This document shows, one piece after another, positions 25,273 through 38,624 of a DNA stretch of 49,223 nucleotides. A model generated the notes under the pieces. That model worked only from the letters and a program-made list of their open reading frames with translations, was not told the DNA's origin and ran no database searches. Source of the DNA: Octopus bimaculoides (taxonomy: Eukaryota). Both the position numbers and the translations under genes were made by a program. Where the stretch lies: NCBI RefSeq assembly GCF_001194135.2, contig NC_068989.1:79555875-79605097 (forward strand), given 5' to 3'. Position 1 is the stretch's first letter. Each line of letters starts with the position of its first letter.

Positions 25273-25504
25273 AAGGCGGCGAGCTCGCAGAAACGTTAGC
25301 ACGCGTGGCGAAATGCTTAGCGGTATTTTGTCTGTCTTTACGTTCTGAGTTCAAATTCCACCGTGGTCGATAAATTAAGTACCCGTTGCATACTGGGGTC
25401 ACTAAGCCGACCTCGGCGGAATTGAACTGAGAACATGACAGTACACGAAATACTGCTAAGCATTTCACCCGGCGTGCTGACGATTCTGCCAGCTCGCTGT
25501 CCTT
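25273..25504. mobile_element. Two SINE family A 5' halves in inverted orientation
   Basis: Plus-strand copy at 25273 to about 25395; minus-strand copy at about 25405-25504. Confidence 0.85.
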
Positions 25505-25512
25505 ATTAATCT

Positions 25513-25911
25513 TTTAATCATTTATTTTTTTTCAGTCATTTGACTGCGGCCATGCTAGAGCACCGCCTTTAGTCGAGCAAATCGAACCCAGGACTTATTC
25601 TATTTAAGCCTAGTACTTATTCTATCAGCCTCTCTTGCCGAACCGCTAGGTGACAGGAATGTAAACACACCCGCATCGATTTTCAAGCGATGTTGTGGGG
25701 ACAAACACAGACACAAAAACATATACATACATATATATATATATACATATATACGACGGGCTTCTTTCAGTTTCGGTCTACCCAATCCAATCACAAGGCT
25801 TTGGTCAGCCCGAGGCTATAGTAGAAGACACTTGCCCAAGGTGCCACGCAGTGGGACTGAACCCAGGACCATGTGGCTGGTAAGCAAGCTACTTACCACA
25901 CAGCCACTCCT
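25513..25911 (-). mobile_element. SINE family C, full length
   Basis: Reverse complement of the 12497 copy, including the head ggagtggctgtgtggtaagtagcttgc. Confidence 0.88.
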
Positions 25912-25919
25912 TCTGAAGT

Positions 25920-26152
25920 CATACCAGCTCATAAGGACCGGTTTCTCGGTTTCAATGGCGTAAATCTTCCTCACCTGGACGGGACGCCGGTCCGTCGCAG
26001 GATTACTCATCTTTGCCAGCTGAGTTGACTGGATCAATGTGAGATGAAGTGTTTTGCTCAAGAACACAATGCGTCGCACGGTCCAGGTATCGAAACCACA
26101 ATCTTACGAATATGAATCCAACACCCCTAACCACTAAGCCACGCGCCTCCAC
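25920..26152 (-). mobile_element. SINE family D (CORE-like)
   Basis: Head gtggaggcgcgtggcttagtggttagg, B-box ggtttcgatacc, tgtgttcttgagcaaaacacttc, cctgcgacggaccggcgtcccgtccagg. Confidence 0.8.
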
Positions 26153-26250
26153 TAATAACAGTAGCAAGAAGAAGAAGAACAACAACAACAATAATGATAA
26201 TATTAATAATAATAGGTGAAAATTTTAATAAATTTATGTTGGAGGCATGT

Positions 26251-26332
26251 TATAGATGTTTTCGATCTAGTTTGGAGTCTTTGCAATCAAATTTGATGGC
26301 AAAGAATCGAAACTAGATCGTAAACATCTATA
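26251..26332. repeat. 82-bp zero-spacer palindrome
   Basis: 41-nt arms with 4 mismatches, centred on atcaaa|tttgat. Confidence 0.92.
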
Positions 26333-26581
26333 TATTTACTAACAGGAATAAATTCTCCCGCAAAGGCTAATTCACAACACGTAAATATATTCATTTATTT
26401 TCCAAAATGGTAACTCACTCAAGAATATTCTTTCCTAAAGCATATCCTTTCTTCTACTATAGCATTCCTCCATGAAAATCCCTTTCTCACACTATCTCAG
26501 GCTATGAAATTCTTGCAATATATATATATCAAAGAGAGAGAGAGAGAGAGAGAGAGTATAAATATATATATATATATATAT

Positions 26582-26672
<91 letters not shown>

Positions 26673-27893
26673 TTTACTCTCTTTAATTCTTTCAGTCATT
26701 TGACTGCGGCCATGCCGGAGCACTATTTTAGTCGAACAAATCGACCGAAGGACTTATTCTTTGTAAGCCTGGTACTTACTCTATGCTCCAAGAATCCGAG
26801 TTCGATTCCAGGCATTCACCTGAATAATAATGATAATAATAATAATAATAATAATAACATCGAAAAATACNNNNNNNNNNNNNNNNNNNNNNNNNNNNNN
26901 NNNNNNNNNNNNNNNNNNNNNNNNNNNNNNNNNNNNNNNNNNNNNNNNNNNNNNNNNNNNNNNNNNNNNNNNNNNNNNNNNNNNNNNNNNNNNNNNNNNN
27001 NNNNNNNNNNNNNNNNNNNNNNNNNNNNNNNNNNNNNNNNNNNNNNNNNNNNNNNNNNNNNNNNNNNNNNNNNNNNNNNNNNNNNNNNNNNNNNNNNNNN
27101 NNNNNNNNNNNNNNNNNNNNNNNNNNNNNNNNNNNNNNNNNNNNNNNNNNNNNNNNNNNNNNNNNNNNNNNNNNNNTTTATATACGACGGGCTAAATTCC
27201 CTCAATAGGTGTTGGTCATCTGGAGTCTATCATCAAAGCCGCTTCGCTGAGGTGAAACAAAGTGGGCTTAAACCCGAAACTGCGTGGTTATCAAATGATC
27301 GTCTGAAACACACACACCTATACTTACGCCCACTTTTTCATATAAATTTACTAGTAATCAAGTTCTTGTTAATCTCATTTAGATCCACATCATCCTGATT
27401 TGCAAGGTTAATCTCTGATCAATAGTTTTCTAGTCGTGATCATTAAATATGTTTGTATTTCGAAAACAAACACGCTTTATCCATTGTTTATCATTCTTCT
27501 GAGGCTGGAAGCCTAATTTGAAGGAGATTTAATTCATGTTTTGAAACACAACGCCTCTGTACCATAGTGAAGATAGCGAATGTAGAATAAAGTAAGTGCT
27601 AAGGACATGATGTGAACAATCGACCCGGTCACTGTTGACCCTATCAGAGTTACAATAGCATGGCAACATTGTCTCATTAATAACAGTAATACTTCATTCA
27701 TATGCAAATTGTTTCTATTATCGTTGACAGCGATGCGTATTGTGTAAACAAGGTTGGTGACATTGAGTTTATGTGATACATCATCGGTAAAAGCGACATG
27801 TCTCTTATAAAAGTCATGTCATGTCATTATATTGCAATGGATAAGTATGTATAATGGGAAAAATAAATAGTATCATGATACGCATACACACAC

Positions 27894-27973
<80 letters not shown>

Positions 27974-27974
27974 T

Positions 27975-28007
<33 letters not shown>

Positions 28008-30425
28008 NNNNNNNNNNNNNNNNNNNNNNNNNNNNNNNNNNNNNNNNNNNNNNNNNNNNNNNNNNNNNNNNNNNNNNNNNNNNNNNNNNNNNNNNNNNNN
28101 NNNNNNNNNNNNNNNNNNNNNNNNNNNNNNNNNNNNNNNNNNNNNNNNNNNNNNNNNNNNNNNNNNNNNNNNNNNNNNNNNNNNNNNNNNNNNNNNNNNN
28201 NNNNNNNNNNNNNNNNNNNNNNNNNNNNNNNNNNNNNNNNNNNNNNNNNNNNNNNNNNNNNNNNNNNNNNNNNNNNNNNNNNNNNNNNNNNNNNNNNNNN
28301 NNNNNNNNNNNNNNNNNNNNNNNNNNNNNNNNNNNNNNNNNNNNNNNNNNNNNNNNNNNNNNNNNNNNNNNNNNNNNNNNNNNNNNNNNNNNNNNNNNNN
28401 NNNNNNNNNNNNNNNNNNNNNNNNNNNNNNNNNNNNNNNNNNNNNNNNNNNNNNNNNNNNNNNNNNNNNNNNNNNNNNNNNNNNNNNNNNNNNNNNNNNN
28501 NNNNNNNNNNNNNNNNNNNNNNNNNNNNNNNNNNNNNNNNNNNNNNNNNNNNNNNNNNNNNNNNNNNNNNNNNNNNNNNNNNNNNNNNNNNNNNNNNNNN
28601 NNNNNNNNNNNNNNNNNNNNNNNNNNNNNNTATATATATACATGTGTGTGTTTGCATGCATGCATTTATGTATGCAAAAAATTATATACAAAAAGAGATA
28701 CGAATGAGTGTGTATATGTGTGGATTCGCGTGAACATATATGAGTTTGTATGCGTATGTATGTGTTGAAACATTTATATGTCTATACATATGTGTGTAGA
28801 TATTTATATGTCCATACATATGTATACATATTCACAGATATACATTCTTTCCTTCTTTTCCTACTTATCATTAACCTTTCACACATGTCTATTTATACCA
28901 ACTTGACTTATAATCTTCATTCTTTATATTCTTCATTCCACCTCAATTTTTACTACCAAAACTAATACCAACTTACACATCACCCTACCCTTACCTTCTC
29001 TCTACCTTTTCTATACCCATCCCTTAATACAACTCTATCGCACCATCCCGCTCACATACCTCACACTCTTTTACTCCTTACCCTCTCATCTCTTCCTCTT
29101 CATCCCCCTCACCTCTCCCTTCCTCCTATCACTTTATCCTGACCACCAGCTAACACACCCTCTCTCATTTCATTTCGTTCCCTCTTTCTTCATTTCTTTT
29201 TTGTCTCCCTCCCTTTTCTTTTTCCTCCCATTCTCTTCCTGTTTTTGATTTGTCCTATCTCCTCTTTCTAATCATACACATCTCTCCTCCCTCCATCTAT
29301 CCATTAATATTACAAAGATATTCCCAAATTTTAATTCACACCAAAAAAAAAAAAAAACCCTCGATCGAACACCACTGTTATGCTTAGAACATAGTGAAGA
29401 ACACCACTCTATGCTTAGAATGACCAAATATAACTACCATTGGAACTCACAGGAAACTTCTTCACTTATATACACCATTCTACTTAAATAATGGAACGGC
29501 AAATACAATATTCTTATATATCTCACTTTTATGTTTATTCTTTTACTTCCCTCTGCATTTCATATTTTCTCTACAATAATTAATACTCAAACATTTTCTC
29601 GTACTGTCTCAGGTGAAAGGATATATAAAATATCTCGGAAACAGTTGTAAGACTTTTTCTTTATAAATGTTCTGAAAACTATTAACAGCCTTGGATTATT
29701 TTTTATCTCATTCTGTTAATTTATATATATGCATGCTAATTAATACATGACCCACGTTGAATTCTTCATTCGTATCAATATCGAACCTGGAGCTAAAACT
29801 GTGGACTATCCATAGCACGTACTAAGCGTTACCCGACACCTATTGGGTCTTCTTGACACCAATACCTCTCATACCCTCAATATATATATACATATATATA
29901 TATATANNNNNNNNNNNNNNNNNNNNNNNNNNNNNNNNNNNNNNNNNNNNNNNNNNNNNNNNNNNNNNNNNNNNNNNNNNNNNNNNNNNNNNNNNNNNNN
30001 NNNNNNNNNNNNNNNNNNNNNNNNNNNNNNNNNNNNNNNNNNNNNNNNNNNNNNNNNNNNNNNNNNNNNNNNNNNNNNNNNNNNNNNNNNNNNNNNNNNN
30101 NNNNNNNNNNNNNNNNNNNNNNNNNNNNNNNNNNNNNNNNNNNNNNNNNNNNNNNNNNNNNNNNNNNNNNNNNNNNNNNNNNNNNNNNNNNNNNNNNNNN
30201 NNNNNNNNNNNNNNNNNNNNNNNNNNNNNNNNNNNNNNNNNNNNNNNNNNNNNNNNNNNNNNNNNNNNNNNNNNNNNNNNNNNNNNNNNNNNNNNNNNNN
30301 NNNNNNNNNNNNNNNNNNNNNNNNNNNNNNNNNNNNNNNNNNNNNNNNNNNNNNNNNNNNNNNNNNNNNNNNNNNNNNNNNNNNNNNNNNNNNNNNNNNN
30401 NNNNNNNNNNNNNNNNNNNNNNNNN

Positions 30426-30483
<58 letters not shown>

Positions 30484-30500
30484 TCATACACATTGCAATA

Positions 30501-31757
30501 TAATGGTGGGCTGAAAAATTCAAAGGCCAACTTTGAAGGAATGATGCTAGAGCTGCGACATTTTTCACGCATTAATTGCAACACTTATGAATAACTAATG
30601 CGATTTTGAGATAAACTGACGTCTGACCGTTCAAAGAACACTTCAAAAGTAACCAGTAGCTACTCCTCTTGAAAATGGACAGAATTTCGCATCATGTTGT
30701 TATTAAGTAGCTGCAGAAAAAGGGTTAACCCTCAAGGACATCCATCTTGACATGCTTGCTACATCAAGGGATGACGCTCCAGTTTTATCAACAGTGTAAA
30801 AAGAGCTACTGAATTCAAGAGGGGAAGGGAGAATCTTGAAGTTGACCCAGGATCCAGGCATTCTACAACTGCCACCACCGAGGAAAATATTCAGCATGTT
30901 TACGTCATGCTGATGGATGACAGATGACATGCGATTGACTATAAATTTGAATGGCCAATGCGGTTAGCATTTCCCCTAAGGGAGTTGACAATATTCTGCT
31001 CGATGAAATCGGCCTGACAAAGGTTTCCGCTCGGTGAGTTCCACATCTTCTGATACCTACTGAGAAGTGCACCAGGCTGATCACATCACGGGATAATCTG
31101 ACACTGTTTGGAGTCGGATCCAGCTGGTTTCGTTGAACGTTTCCTAACCGAGGTTGAGTGTTGGCTTCATCACTTTGAGTCAGATACAAAGCTACAATCC
31201 ATGCAGTGGAAGCATTGCACCTCATCTGCTCCAAAGAAATCCAAGGTCATTTAATTTGCAGGGAAGTTGGTAGCCTCAGATGTTTTAGGATGCAAAAGAC
31301 ATTGCATTTATTGACAATCTTCAAAAGGGCCACATCATTAATGGAGAGTATTATGTCAACTTGCTGAGGCAGTTACGAAAAGCTATCAAGACAAAAGGTA
31401 GGGGTCTTGTTTTATCAGGACAATGCTCCAGCACACAAGTCCTTGGTTTCATTGGTTCCTATGCATGGTTGTAACTTTGAACTGGATGATCATCCTTCTT
31501 ATTATCCTGATTTTTTCCATCTGAATGTCATTTTTGACGAAAATCACTTGGTTAGGAAGCGGTATCGTAAAGATAATGACGTCATATTTACTGTTGGTGA
31601 CTGTTTTGTCCAACGGAATGAAAGCTTCGTCACCAGCGGGGTACAAGCAGTGGAACACCGATGGAAGAAGTGTCTGGACCGCAAGGGAGACTATGCTGAA
31701 AAATACACCTCTATGAGAATATCTTGGTCCACCTATGAATTTTTCAGTCGACTCTCG
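30501..31757 (+). mobile_element. Near full-length mariner (DD34D-type) transposon with pseudogenised transposase
   Basis: 1257 bp between TA dinucleotides with degenerate TIRs (ctgaaaaattca). ATG at 30675; fragments KVSAR*VPHLL, FLTEVECWLHHFE, FYQDNAPAHKS, HPSYYPD, HRWKKCLDRKGDYAEK; multiple stops and frameshifts. Confidence 0.92.
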
Positions 31758-31789
31758 TATATCTATCTGTATAACTATCTATATATCTA

Positions 31790-31831
<42 letters not shown>

Positions 31832-33347
31832 GATCTATCTATCTATCTGGCTAGCTAGCTAGCTATATATCTATCTGTCTGTCAAGAATATTTTTATCGT
31901 TATAATTTTTTGTAGAAATTGCTAGAAATATGAAAAAAATAATTTTGACAGTAGTATCGACGTATGTATAGTTATAAATATTAGCTCGCACAGCCATCGA
32001 CATTTTGCTATTGAAGGGAGTTTTTAACTCAGTATTCTATATGCTTTTCTTTATAACGTTATCTACTTCGAGGTCCACTGTTAAAACGATTTATTACATA
32101 GATACATACTTACTTATATACACATGTTTGTGTGATTAGGTTGTAGATATATTCATATGTATGTATTATATACATTATACATCATTATATATATGGATAT
32201 ATATGTGTCTGTATATACATAAATACATATATGTCTGTACTTAAATAAATAAACACACACCCAAACACATATATAACATAATTATAGAACAACTTCAGCA
32301 ATGGTTAAACATATAAAAATATATAAAAATGGTATGAGATATTGAAATCTTTGGCTAATGGTGAGCAAATATAAATTATGAATATGGCTGTAGAAAGAAC
32401 CGGGATTTTTATTCTATTTTGTCTGTTTCTTCACATTTCATCAATAACAAGTTCTACCTCTATACATTTATGTAAACAGAGCATACACGTAGACATGAGT
32501 GCATGCATAATAACATAGGCATTACAGCAAGTCATGATCATCCGGAAGGTACAAAGGAAGTGTGAACTGTAGACGAACGCTAATATACTGCTGTGCAGCG
32601 GACGTCGAGACATTATTTAATGCTAAATAGAAGAGAAAATATCTATGGCAGATGTGACAGCTGAAAGATAACTTAAGATGTGTACGTATCTGTGATTACG
32701 TAACTAAGTCTGTGTGCACCAATCGTAATTTCCTCGCTTTCATAATATCAGAAACAACGCAGCTAATGAGAAAATTAAAATTGAAAACCATGGAAAGAAC
32801 TGTAAAAAAATTGTAAAACTTTCCAGAAGTTTAGTCTCTGCGATGTACATAAGCATAAGAATAAATTTGGAAACGTATGTGTGAATATTTATAACGTTGT
32901 GTCAAAATTATTGATCACAGACATACAGTGACATACAAGTATATATGCACGCACACATATGTGTATAGGTGCAAACATACAAACACACACACATACATAC
33001 ATACATACATACATACATACATACATACAAACATAGAAATATAATTACATACATACACGCATATGTATTGGACGCCATTTTTATTGATGCCAGAATCTAT
33101 AACATTGGCATAGGAAACTATTCATCATTTTGTATAATGAATATTATCATCTAAGTGTTTGCGATTAATACAAAAACAAAACTGGTTGTCGTCATTGGAT
33201 AAATGCAAAGAAGCACCTATTTAAATAGCCTAAACTTAAACTGTTATCAGACATTTGTATTGCTACGATATAAGCCATAGCAAGGCAGAAACCAGGGGTT
33301 ATCTAACGCATGACCTGTAACGTTTTTAATTGACGTTGTTGTTGTTA

Positions 33348-33807
33348 GCACTCCGTCGCTTACGACGTCGAGGGTTCCAGGTGACCCGATCAACGGAACA
33401 GCCTGCTCGTGAAATCAACGTGCAAGTGGCTGAGCACTCCACAGACACGTGTACCCTTAACGTAGTTCTCGGGGATATTCAGCGTGACACAGTGTGACAA
33501 GGCTGACCCTTTGAATTACAGGCACAACAGAAACGGGAAGTAAGAGTGAGAGAAAGTTGTGGTGAAAGAGTACAGCAAGGTTCGCCACCATCCCTTGCCG
33601 GAGCCTCGTGGAGCTTTTAGGTGTTTTCGCTCAATAAACACTCACAACGCCCGGTCTGGGAATCGAAACCGCGATCCTATGACCGCGAGTCCGCTGCCCT
33701 AACCACTGGGNNNNNNNNNNNNNNNNNNNNNNNNNNNNNNNNNNNNNNNNNNNNNNNNNNNNNNNNNNNNNNNNNNNNNNNNNNNNNNNNNNNNNTGCGC
33801 CTCCACT
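33348..33807 (-). mobile_element. SINE family B, spanning an N-gap
   Basis: Near-identical to 3898-4275; (GTT)n tail. Confidence 0.88.
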
Positions 33808-34399
33808 TCAACTGAAGTAAACGTGTACTATTCTGCAAAAATGCTTCGAAAAATCCCTTACTCGGCTATATGAAGAATATTTTAGATATCCTAATAATTT
33901 ATTTTAGCGTAAGGTATCTCTGTAGGTAAGCATTGTCCATTGAGAAGTAATATGCTGTTCTACACCACAAATCAAACTATCAAAAAAATTCACAGTAAAT
34001 AACAGCTTCAACAGTCCATTTGATTCTACCCTTACAAAATTGCATCTGATGTAGTGACCGATGAACAGTCAAAATGAAAGCAGTGACTATACTGCTGTGT
34101 GAAGCAACTGTGTATCAAACGTAAATTACTGTACACCGAGTGTCACATTAAGCAAATGGATTTTTCTGTAGTTTCCTCTAGAACATTGTCTTGCATGTGG
34201 AATTTAGTGGACAGAAGCTGTGCTGAAGCTCGTCCTAAACAAACATACATATATACATGCATACATTCAAAATGCATTCATAATATATAGATACATACAT
34301 ATACATGTATGTATATATGTATGTATGTCCGCATGTATGTAAGTATGTATGTATGTATGTTTGTATGTATGTATGTATGTATGTATGTATGTATGTATG

Positions 34400-34435
<36 letters not shown>

Positions 34436-34793
34436 CATTTGTGCGTGTGTGTCTACGTACAGACATATATAATGCACACAGCATTTAAATAAGAGCTAAT
34501 AATAATATCATGTCATGGAAACACGGTAACGTGCCTTGTGTCTAAGAGACATCTACATATATATATACATATATACATACATGCATACATACATGCATGC
34601 ATACATACACGCATACGTACTTACATACGTACATACGTAATGATCTTCATATATTTTTTTGTAAAAGGTTCGAACAGTTTCTCTCTGTAAGGGAATTTCT
34701 CCGTCTCTTTGGCTTCGAGCGTATTTCAAAAGTTGTCTATTCACTTTCGTATACTTATGATCTTAACCCTCAAACTCCACAATTCTTACTACA

Positions 34794-35439
34794 CTAGCTG
34801 ACCCAGTGCCGTCGAAAACTGACGGCTAATTGTAGTATTTTATATATAAATAAGATACAAAAATAAGGTACATAATAATTACAGAAACAAACATTCACAT
34901 ACTTCCTTTGTAGATGCACTCATATACTCACACAAAGTCGAAACGCTGTTTGATTTTTTCTTTTCAGCACACACACACACATTCACATGACTCCCTTTTA
35001 TATACACACACATATATACTCACGCAGAGTTTAAACGCTGTTTGCTTTTCTTTCATCACAGAACTTCCATAATCCCACTACCAAGTTTGCCATCACTCCT
35101 TTCTTCGTTATTCATCTCTCACCCCTTCCATACTTCCCTTGCACACGCATACACATACACACATATACTCACACAGAGTTGAAACGCTGATATTTATTTT
35201 TTCAGCCCTTCCTCCTTCGTTTTTCATCTCTCACTCCTTCCTTTCTCATTCCCATGTTATGACTGAGAAAAACAGAAGTTACACGACACTCTCTTTGCCA
35301 CTTCCTCTCTCTTATTGCTATTACTTTCTCTCACACCCTCTCAGTCAAGGTTATTACTCTCACTACTTCTCCTTCCCTGAATTACTATTTTCTCTCTTCT
35401 CCCTTCACTTACAATACTCTGCGTGATTTTGGACAAAGA
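34794..35439 (-). mobile_element. Non-autonomous Helitron-like element
   Basis: The minus-strand 3' end reads gccgtc-agttttc-gacggc (hairpin), 10 nt, CTAG, then T. Putative 5' A|TC at 35439 (uncertain). Three internal copies of atactcacNcaNagtNNaaacgctg. Confidence 0.6.
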
Positions 35440-35921
35440 TAAATATATATACACAAATATAGGAAAATACTATGATCATTATTATATTAGGAGATACTTT
35501 TATGTTTCACCTCTCCCTACTCACTCTCATCATAGTTGCTACTTTTTAACCTTCCAATAAAAATCTCCCTTGCTTTTGTTCCATATCCCAAATTTCCCCA
35601 ACATAAATTTCGATATCATCAACAAATTTCTCTGTCTTTCAGTCTATGTCACTCTCTCTCTATAATTGACTTACGTTCTATATCTTTTCTTATTTTATTC
35701 TGTTACCTCTCTAATTTCCACTGTCTATTGTAGAGTCATACCTTTCTTCTTCCACCTCTTCTTTTACTCGCACTAAACCATCTTATCTCAATCTTGCTTC
35801 CATCCATACCAATATTTCACTCTGTCGACTGACCGAATATTTCACTTGGTAGCTGACAATTGATTATTTCTCTTCCTACTCAGTGAGAAATAGAGACATA
35901 GAGATTTATAGATAAATAGAT

Positions 35922-36033
<112 letters not shown>

Positions 36034-36201
36034 AGATGTTTTATATTTTGATTTCTTTTTTGTTATAATATTATGGATGTCCGTAGTTAGTAGGCGCTAG
36101 CTTTTTCGGCGTGATAAAAGCAAATCTCAATAAATCAAATGAAAGTGAGAAAAACAACAACAACAACAACAACGTATTGACTAAAGACTGAAATGACTTA
36201 C

Positions 36202-36403
36202 CGTGAAACTGTCTCGATGTTTTAATAATAGTCTTTAAAATGAGCAGGTAGGATGTAACCATTATTATGAGCGGGATTACAAACAGCAGAATCATTGACG
36301 ATGCCGAATAGAGTTGCTTTTGCCAAAGTGCATTATAACTATCACGGCATTGGTGAAACATTCCTTGTCTGAACATTTTTCGCTGTTCTTGGAAAATAAC
36401 AGC
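36202..36403 (-). CDS. GnRHR: GnRH/corazonin-type receptor (class A GPCR), internal exon: end of TM4, ECL2, TM5, start of ICL3
   Basis: Acceptor ttttaatccag|GCT at 36404/36403 and donor CAC G|gtaagt at 36202/36201. 202 nt = 67 codons + 1 nt: AVIFQEQRKMFRQGMFHQCRDSYNALWQKQLYSASSMILLFVIPLIIMVTSYLLILKTIIKTSRQFH. Contains the ECL2 Cys and the TM5 F-x-x-P motif; recognised from memory as octopus GnRHR. Confidence 0.93.
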
Positions 36404-37036
36404 CTGGATTAAAAGGTTGCAAAAGAAAACAAAAGAAATATATAAATACACAAGCGAGTATGAAATAGTTTGATGCTTAACGACAATAGAGAACAAAAAA
36501 TTATATATAAATCCTGAGTATTAAGTGGTTTCATACTTAACAATCCATTTCATATGCTGTAATGTCCTGCTCGTTGATTGATGGTTCGATTTATTGATCC
36601 AGCCATCAATGAATCTATCATTTTATCCATTCAGCTTAATTGTATGTGTGCATTCACGTAAATTCTTGTCCGTGTACGTGCCTTTATATGGATAGCATCT
36701 CTGTCTGTCTCTCTCTCTCTCTGTCTGACTCTCTCTCTCTCTCTCTGTCTGACTCTCTCTCTCTCTCTGTCTCTCTTTCCCTTTATCTATCTCTCTATCT
36801 TTCTATTTATGTATCAATTGACCTGCCTGTCTGTCTTGCTCTCTGCCTACCTTCCAACTTATCTATCTATTTTTTTTCTTTTTTTTTTGATCCCTTTTGA
36901 TCGAACTACCCCCTTTTCCTTCCTACGATCCCTTTTGATCGACCCCCTTTTTTTTCCTTCCCCCTCCCAAAAAGAAAAGCTCTACATTGTATTTGTCCCA
37001 TCTTCGTTGAGCCCTGTGTGGCTAATAAAAGAAATG

Positions 37037-37115
<79 letters not shown>

Positions 37116-37126
37116 TAGTGTGTCTT

Positions 37127-37187
<61 letters not shown>

Positions 37188-37708
37188 TTATCATGCTTAC
37201 TAGCTAGCTATCTACACTAGCTCTTTGCTTCTCGTTAAACTATATAATTTACGAAGTCACGGAAAATCGAAATTGCTAGTTTGATAAATGGATAAACACA
37301 CATATACAAAGTAAAAAATTAAGATAAGCTAAAACAAAAATGAATAATAGTTATATAAATAAGTAAATTGATAAAGAGAGGAAGTCAACATACTGGCATA
37401 TGCAAATAAATAGACTGTTGGTATTTGGATCAATCGTCTATGAGCATTTTTGCCAAGCCAGTCTGTTTAAAACAGAACCGTGAGCAATTTAGACCTCATA
37501 TTTAATGGAATAAATGGGAAATCGTATCCAGGATTGTAGGTTATTACACATTTTCCTAAATATGTTAAATGAGATACTTAAAATTACCATCCAGGGAGAC
37601 AACAGAATATTAAGGATGAAACGAGAGACTATATATTATACTGAAGTCATTATTGAGGAACTGACTGTCGTTTTGTATACTCAGCAACTATCTTTCGGCA
37701 AAACAATT

Positions 37709-38305
37709 AAAACAAGAGCACTCAGAGAGCGCAAACCTCCGCCTAGGCTACAACAACGTCCTCTCAACGATTTGCCGGAGATGATTTTTAAAATGAGAAT
37801 ATCTGGCATATACTCGGCCGCTCTCACAAACAAGAATACTAAAAACGAACCGCTCTCAAAAATTAAGTAAAATAAACCGGTAAGATAATCCAGAATCCTT
37901 GTCTGGTACTTGATCGATCCCACTAGTAGTCATGGAATGTAAAGGTGGCTGTAGAAAATTTAGTAACAGTAATAAATAGTTCATCCTTATCTAATACGAG
38001 CCAAAGTTTAAAAATTCACCGTTCAAAATAGTTACAGCCTAAAGGGAGATAAATGAGAAAAACTTGAAAGTTAGCGTTAGATCGTCATCGTGTAAAGTAA
38101 ATATAACAAATAATCCAGAGTCCTTGTTCGGTACTGGATCGATCCCCAAATCTAATCAATTGGTGCCAGTCACAAGGCGAAACATCCCTGAAAGTTTCAT
38201 CCGAATCCAGCCAGCGGTTCTTGAGATATCTTGTCCATGGAAAAAAAAAACAACAAATAAACAGGACTGAAGGCAATACCTCTGCCTTCGCTAAGGCGGG
38301 AGTAA
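37709..38305 (+). mobile_element. Helentron/HINE-like non-autonomous element
   Basis: Starts acaagagcactcagagagcgcaaacctccgcc. The 5' sub-terminal acctccgcct is inverted against the 3' aggcgggagt; 3' hairpin gcctt-cgct-aaggc; internal ~36-bp direct repeat taatccagaRtccttg...gatcgatccc. Confidence 0.6.
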
Positions 38306-38624
38306 TAAAGCAAATTTAAACAATAATCTAAACACAGGCATGAATGTAGCGTTAAAAACTTTATTTCGCTACCTTACCGATCAGCGTTCAATCTCATTGC
38401 GTGTCATCTTAGTAAAATACTTGCAACTACAGTGTGAAGTGATTTCATATGTATACCCATAAATATATACATACATATAAATACATGCGTGTGTGAACGC
38501 GTGCGCGCGCGTGTGTGTGTGTGGTGGGGTCGATGTTGGTGAACAAAACGTCCCTTACAGTAGATGTTCTGCTCCGTGTTACGGTCCTAAAACTAATTTG
38601 AAGAAATGTGCATGTATGTATGCA

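Noticed and set aside
28840-29330. Pyrimidine-rich strand-biased tract as a coding or regulatory element
   Set aside because: Low-complexity; probably a TE tail; no specific motif identified.
29360-29425. Direct repeat gaacaccact..atgcttagaa with a short spacer (CRISPR-like)
   Set aside because: Only two units, about 10-nt spacer, eukaryotic context; a local duplication.
36071-36496. 141-aa ORF as a complete gene
   Set aside because: Only 36202-36403 is coding; the flanks are intronic read-through bounded by canonical splice sites.
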